Of a stretch of 21,343 nucleotides of DNA, positions 16,529-21,343 are shown piece after piece. The DNA comes from Candidatus Poribacteria bacterium (lineage in GTDB: Bacteria; Poribacteria; WGA-4E; UBA9662), in contig JAYGDX010000058.1 in NCBI GenBank assembly GCA_046582655.1, forward strand, positions 1 through 21,343, read 5' to 3'. The number at the start of each line of letters is the position of its first letter. The first letter of the stretch is position 1. The translations under genes and the position numbers were made by a program. Below the pieces are notes generated by a model, which saw only the letters and a program-made list of their open reading frames with translations, was not told the DNA's origin and searched no databases.

Positions 16529-17094
16529 GCGGCTTGGATCAAAACTATACCATGGTCAGCGGCGAACAAGCAGCTACGCCGTGCAATTGAAATGCAAAAA
16601 AACTATCTCCTACTGAATATAAGATGCCGGATCCAGTTTCAGATAGAATAGATGAAAGCATTGTCAGTTCGCACAGTCTAATTCCAGATGCTTTATAACA
16701 TGCATTTGCTAATTTTGGTGTATTGATGTCACCAGAATTGCCACTGACACGAAAACAACATAAAATGATTTCCACTGTTGTATCTACCGCTAATCGTTGT
16801 GTCTACTGAATAACTTCTCGCGCAGAGTTCCTGCGTCGGGTAACGTTGGATGAGGATCTTGTAAGTGCCTTGGTTGATGATTATATGACCGCGCCTGTAA
16901 GCCGCGGTAACGGTGTCATGTTGAATTATACGATAAAATTGACCAAAGACGAAACCTCGATTACCTTGGTAGATCATAGGGAATTACGAGCTGTTGGCTT
17001 CAATGATCAAGCCATTCTACAAATTACGCTGATAGCCGCGTGGTACAACTATATTAACCGAGTTGCTGATGCACTTGGAATTGGGAAAGATTAA
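16529..17094 (+). pseudogene. Degenerate AhpD/carboxymuconolactone decarboxylase-like peroxidase gene with CxxU selenocysteine motif
   Basis: Reconstructed protein (M)AWIKTIPW...QK/LSPTEY...IVSSHSLIPDAL*HAFANFGVLMSPELPLTRKQHKMISTVVSTANRCVY(U)ITSRAEFLRRVT...KLTK...LRAVGFNDQAILQITLIAAWYNYINRVADALG. Lesions: GCG at the expected start (16529), frameshift in the A7 run 16596-16602, TAA at 16696. In-frame TGA at 16807-16809. Confidence 0.85.
16807..16836 (+). promoter_or_regulatory. Putative bacterial SECIS hairpin after the in-frame UGA
   Basis: Stem GCGCAG (16820-16825) / CTGCGT (16831-16836) with loop AGTTC. The loop begins 16 nt after the UGA and has a G at loop position 2 followed by U. Confidence 0.55.
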
Positions 17095-19225
17095 AATAAT
17101 TCACAAAAAAATCATGTTGTCGATTATTGGCCTAATTTGTGTCTTGGTGTGTCTTTTGATTGGTTATAATTTCTATTTGGGCCGTGCAAAACAAAATGAC
17201 TTTTCAGAGAGCTTGCGAGGTATCCCCCAGTATCAGGTGGAAATTATGAGGGATACGTGGGGTGTTCCACACGTTTTTGGGAAGACCGATGCGGATACAG
17301 CTTACGGGTTAGCTTACGCGCATGCAGAAGATGACTTTGAAACTATCCAAGAATTCTTGCTTACGATAAGGGGAAAACTGGCTTCAGTGATGGGCAAAGA
17401 CCTGGCTCCTTACGACTATTATGTACAACTATTTCGAATATGGGATGACGTCAACGAAAAATACGATGCTCTTTCTTCCGACATTCGATCTGTGTGTGAA
17501 GCGTATGCTAACGGACTAAATCTCTACGCGTCTCAACATCCACAATTGTTGAAACGAAACATTTGGCCAGTAAAAGGTACGGATATTGTCGCAGGTTTCG
17601 TTCATAAACTTCCTCTTTTTTTTGGGGTTGATGGTGTGCTAAATCGAATTTATCAAGCAGAGAAAAACCCAAAGGCTGCTCAATCTGAACTGGGTTTTCA
17701 ACAAGGCATCGGCTCAAATTTTCTGGCTGTCGGTCCGAATCGTTCAGCAGACGGAGCCACTCGAGTTGCGATTAATACACATCAGCCATGGGAAGGGCCA
17801 ATGGCTTGGTATGAAGCTCATGTTGTTAGTGAGGAGGGCTTGAACCTCTATGGTGGGCTTTTTCCAGGTTCTCCCATCGTGTTGTTAGGACACAATCAAC
17901 ACTTAGCTTGGGGACATACCGTCAATTATCCTGATCTGATCGACGTGTACGAATTGGAGATTAATCCTAATGATCCTAATGAATACCGTTTTGATGGTCA
18001 ATGGCGGTCATTGGAGATTCGGAAAGTTCCCATTGAAGTCCGGCTCTGGCGTAATTTTCGATGGACCTTTCATCGAGAAACACTCTGGTCGGCACATGGG
18101 CCTGCGTTACGAAACGCCAACGGCGTTTATGCTATCCGTTATGCTGGCATAGGAGAAATCGGGCAAGTGGAACAATGGTATCGTATGGGAAAGGCCAAAA
18201 ACTTGGAGGAATTTAAAGCGGCTATGCGATTACATGCAATTCCGATGTTTAATACCGGATATGCTGATCGAGAAGGTAACCTTTATTATGTCTATAACGC
18301 CCTACTTCCCCTAAGAAATGAACAATATGATTGGTCAGGCTGCGTTAAAGGAAATAGCTCCAGCACTTTATGGACGCGTTATCTTCCTTATGATCACCTT
18401 CCGCAGGTTGAAAATCCACCTTCCGCCTTCCTGCAGAGTTGCAATAACAATCCATTTCAAACAACGATAGGTTTTGGTAATCCAAACCCATTGGAATACT
18501 CTTCAGTTTTTGGAATCGAAGATGTGATGACCAATCGCTCCCTGCGAGCTAGAGAACTTTTTGGCAACAATTCGTCTGTAACTCGGAAAGATTTTTTCCA
18601 ATATAAATTTGACAAGTATTATTCACAGGATTCTGTTTTAGTCGAGAGTATCCATCGATTCTTAGAAGAAGCGATGAGTGAAGACTCGGAATTGGTCAAA
18701 GCGGTTGACCTCATTCGCTCTTGGGATTTTCAAACTGACATTAAAAATCGGGCGGCAGCCTTAGCTATTCTAACTTTCCGACCTAAGGATAGACCCGCTA
18801 ATTTCCAATATGATTACCTTCTGTTCTTAAGGAGATTGAGGGAAAATGTTGAGCTTTTTAATCATAACTTCGGTCGAATTGATGTTACTTGGGGGGAAGT
18901 CAACCGTTTGATTCGCGGCGACATAGACCTGCCTGTTGCAGGTGGGCCTGATATTTTGCGTGCGGTCTATGGTCGACCTATTGATGGGGGTCGTTTAAAA
19001 GGTGTGGCAGGCGATTGTCTTTTTCAGATCGTGGAATGGGATGGACAAGGACATCTGCAAAGCTGGGTCATCAACCAATACGGCAGTCATTCTTGGAAAA
19101 AGACTTCTCCTCACTACACCGATCAGTCTCCATTATTCGCTCGAGAGGAAATGAGGCCAAGCTGGTTTACCAAAGAGGATATTCTGAAAAACCTTGAACG
19201 AAGATATTCGCCTGGGCAGGATTGA
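17081..19225 (+). CDS. Penicillin acylase family (S45, Ntn-hydrolase) acylase/amidase
   Basis: IMRDTWGVPHVFG, YGLAYAHAED, beta-subunit nucleophile GIG|SNFLAVGPNRSADG (Ser codon 17714), NTHQPW, FNTGYADREGN and SPHYTDQ. N-terminal signal/anchor. Exact start uncertain (17063, 17081 or 17114). Confidence 0.93.
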   Translation: MGKIKIIHKKIMLSIIGLICVLVCLLIGYNFYLGRAKQNDFSESLRGIPQYQVEIMRDTWGVPHVFGKTDADTAYGLAYAHAEDDFETIQEFLLTIRGKLASVMGKDLAPYDYYVQLFRIWDDVNEKYDALSSDIRSVCEAYANGLNLYASQHPQLLKRNIWPVKGTDIVAGFVHKLPLFFGVDGVLNRIYQAEKNPKAAQSELGFQQGIGSNFLAVGPNRSADGATRVAINTHQPWEGPMAWYEAHVVSEEGLNLYGGLFPGSPIVLLGHNQHLAWGHTVNYPDLIDVYELEINPNDPNEYRFDGQWRSLEIRKVPIEVRLWRNFRWTFHRETLWSAHGPALRNANGVYAIRYAGIGEIGQVEQWYRMGKAKNLEEFKAAMRLHAIPMFNTGYADREGNLYYVYNALLPLRNEQYDWSGCVKGNSSSTLWTRYLPYDHLPQVENPPSAFLQSCNNNPFQTTIGFGNPNPLEYSSVFGIEDVMTNRSLRARELFGNNSSVTRKDFFQYKFDKYYSQDSVLVESIHRFLEEAMSEDSELVKAVDLIRSWDFQTDIKNRAAALAILTFRPKDRPANFQYDYLLFLRRLRENVELFNHNFGRIDVTWGEVNRLIRGDIDLPVAGGPDILRAVYGRPIDGGRLKGVAGDCLFQIVEWDGQGHLQSWVINQYGSHSWKKTSPHYTDQSPLFAREEMRPSWFTKEDILKNLERRYSPGQD

Positions 19226-19230
19226 TCCAT

Positions 19231-19440
19231 TCATTTCCTTTGGGAAATTCTAATCCGTGTCCTGTAGTTCGACGCTCCTAAGATCACATCTTTCCTGTAC
19301 ATAAAAAAACACACATTAGGTAGCACACACTGGATTACCTTTCTGTTAGAAAGCCTTACCAAGTACAACGTATTGGCGAGTAATAGTTCGTCAATAGTGT
19401 TTAGGATCTCATTGACTTGAATGAATAATTGTGCTCTCAT
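19231..19440 (-). CDS. Small ORF with weak resemblance to translation initiation factor IF-1 (OB fold); possibly a degenerate paralog
   Basis: 69 aa. TIDELLLANTLYLVRLSNRKVIQCVL and KDVILGASNYRTRIRISQRK echo the IF-1 segments [25 protein letters not shown] and [22 protein letters not shown]. By-eye alignment only. Confidence 0.35.
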   Translation of the reverse strand: MRAQLFIQVNEILNTIDELLLANTLYLVRLSNRKVIQCVLPNVCFFMYRKDVILGASNYRTRIRISQRK

Positions 19441-19509
19441 TGCGCTAATTTCTTGCTCAAAATTGTCTGTTCCTAAATGTGTAGGTGATATTCAGGAAGT
19501 TTCTGGAAG

Positions 19510-20115
19510 ATGATGCCAAATACTAATCAAATAATGGCTCTGAGTTTAATCTCTAATTACGCTGATACTTATTCCTCAAACTCAGGATAAAATTGACCTC
19601 AAAAACATCGTCGGCATTGGGCTCTTTAATCAAGGGGCTGGCAAAGTAGTGGAGGATTCTTCTGGAAATGATTTTCATGGTCATATAGAAGGGAATCTCA
19701 AGTAGGTCAGGGGGAGATTTGGTAAAGTCTTAGAATTTTGATAGGGCTAATGATTAGGTGAATGCGGATGATAATCCAATCTTGAAGCCAGAGACAAATG
19801 GAAATGGTAACCTAACCTTCATGGCCTGGTACAAATGTAAACGGTGGTAAGGTACATTTTATCCACCGGAGCAAACCTCTTCAATCCGGATTGCAATCAC
19901 TCATGATCCCGGCTCCAAGAAGATCTAGTTTGGCGTCAATGCCGGAACGAAATTAGCAGGAACTGGTAACATTCCTGACCAATTCCCGGGCAAAGGTTGG
20001 TATCATTTATCTGGAAATTTGGTGAGAAAAGGTGCCAATTATGGTGCATTGATGTCAAAGTCTTAAAACAGGTAAAGGCAAGTGGACCTTTGCCAACAAG
20101 TAATAGGAGTTTCAT
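19510..20115 (+). pseudogene. LamG-like jellyroll (ConA-like) secreted protein pseudogene, 3' truncated
   Basis: Spliced reading KIDLKNIVGIGLFNQGAGKVVEDSSGNDFHGHIEGNLK*VRGRFGKVLEF/DRAND*VNADDNPILKP...LTFMAWYK...GWYHLSG.../LWCIDVKVLKQ. TAG stops at 19703, 19755 and 19926, plus frameshifts (e.g. T4 at 19736-19739). Confidence 0.8.
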
Positions 20116-21343
20116 ATTACAGCAGGAATAGTATTACTAAGCACTAGCATTTTTGGTGTTAATCTTGAGAAAAACTGGGAGTATCGGACTAAGGGTACGG
20201 TATATTCTAAACCGTTGGTAGCTGATGTTGCCCCAAACTCAGGCGATGAAATCATTATAAGTGATGGAGAAGTTCGAATTTTACGATGCATTGATTCTAC
20301 AGGGAAACAAATCTGGGAGTTTGATGGCAACTGGCTTATGCATCTAACTTCTGTCGCTGCTATAAGTTTTAATGTCAATCTAGATTTTCCGGTGTTAGCT
20401 ATCGGTAACCCTGATGGTAAGTTATGTTGCCTCAATGCAAGCACAAGTGAGGAACTTTGGACAAAAAATATTAGTAAAGATAGAATGGGGGTCACCTGTC
20501 TGGGCTGATCTTGATGGAGACGGACAGGATGAATTGATTGCCGCAACAGAATTTGATGGGATTACAGCCTTTAAAGCTGATGGCGCAGTACTATGGACTT
20601 ATAGAGAAGATGCCGATGGAAATCCAGTGGTTGTACGATGTCCAATTACAGCGAAAGATGTTGACGGAGATGGTAAATCAGAGGTTTTTGCGGTTGACCG
20701 CTGGGGGCCTTTAAGTTTAAGCCATGATGGGGAATTGCTTTGGCACCAGAGATCAGGCAATGAATTTATCAGTGGAGTAGAAGTTACAGATATTGATGGA
20801 GATGGTAAGTATGATGTTTTCTGTGCTTCTCAGGATGATAATTTAGTTTATCGCATAGACGCAGAAAATGGAAATATTATTTGGAATGTACCTATGCTCA
20901 GTAAATGTGATGTTTATCCAAATTCATACTATCCAACCGGGGATTTGAATAAAGATGGGAAATCCGAAGTGATAGTTTGCGATAAAGATGGAAATGTTTA
21001 TTGTATTAATAGCAGTGGGAAAAAACTCTGGACTTTTACAACCCCCAAACCAATACATGCTTCTGCTGCATTGGCTGATATTGATGGTGACGGGAACTTG
21101 GATGTTATTATCACAAGCGGAGATCATTTCGTTTACGTTCTTGGTGCAGAGGGTGATCTTAAGGGGAAATATGAAGAAGATAGAAGATTAATGGCTCCAG
21201 CGACAATTGCTGATGTCAATAAGAATGGGAGAAAGGACATTCTTTTTGGTGGTAGTGGTAGGAAACTGAATAGTATTTCTGTTTCAGATAAAATGGCAAG
21301 TGAGGAAACTGAATTTTTATCGGAAATTGAGGGTAGTAATAAA
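20116..21343 (+). pseudogene. FG-GAP/VCBS-like and PQQ-type beta-propeller repeat protein, frameshifted, no clear start codon, incomplete at window end
   Basis: Frame 1 from 20116 reads ITAGIVLLSTSIFG...PLVADVAPNSGDEII...ELWTKNIS. It shifts to frame 2 near 20463-20479 and stays open to the window end with repeated DxDGDG motifs (ADLDGDGQDELI, KDVDGDGKSEVF, TDIDGDGKYDVF, GDLNKDGKSEVI, ADIDGDGNLDVI, ADVNKNGRKDIL). Confidence 0.8.

Noticed and set aside
19589..19930. Amber (TAG) recoding or pyrrolysine suggested by three in-frame TAGs in the LamG-like region
   Set aside because: The same region has frameshifts, and TAG serves as the normal stop for flgH, flgK and flgL, so ordinary nonsense decay explains it.
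752..21191. Short overlapping or antisense ORFs in the track (e.g. 752-946, 7236-7667, 13134-13466, 14579-14920, 16545-16775, 16729-16977, 20112-20546, 20988-21191)
   Set aside because: They are shadows of well-supported genes or pseudogenes on the other strand or frame, with no recognisable motifs.
1..21343. tRNA, rRNA, CRISPR array, IS or prophage elements
   Set aside because: No cloverleaf-like, regularly spaced repeat, transposase, integrase or phage hallmark sequences were seen, and the intergenic gaps are short or explained by pseudogenes.

Overview
Bacterial chromosomal window, roughly 40% GC by eye. The gene families (LamG 'KID..IVG.WLF..G.G' protein remnant, DUF6785-type membrane protein, PhyH dioxygenase, Gfo/Idh/MocA oxidoreductase, FG-GAP propeller) suggest a marine Candidatus Poribacteria-like organism, which is an inference. 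The left half holds a matrixin-like metalloprotease-TPR gene divergent from an intact flagellar cluster, flgF-flgG-flgA-flgH-flgI-flgJ(short)-flgM-flgN-flgK-flgL. A consensus sigma-54 promoter precedes flgF, a sigma-28 promoter precedes flgM and a strong hairpin follows flgL. FlgK carries an apparent insertion of about 154 aa. The middle has a minus-strand Gfo/Idh/MocA - PhyH - DUF6785 unit and an orphan ECF T component. The right part has a FAM173-like methyltransferase, a decayed AhpD/CMD gene with an in-frame CxxU (TGA) motif and SECIS-like hairpin that the ORF track largely misses, an intact penicillin-acylase-family gene, a possible degenerate IF-1-like ORF, a LamG pseudogene and a frameshifted FG-GAP/PQQ beta-propeller gene running off the window. 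No RNA genes, CRISPR arrays or mobile elements were seen.
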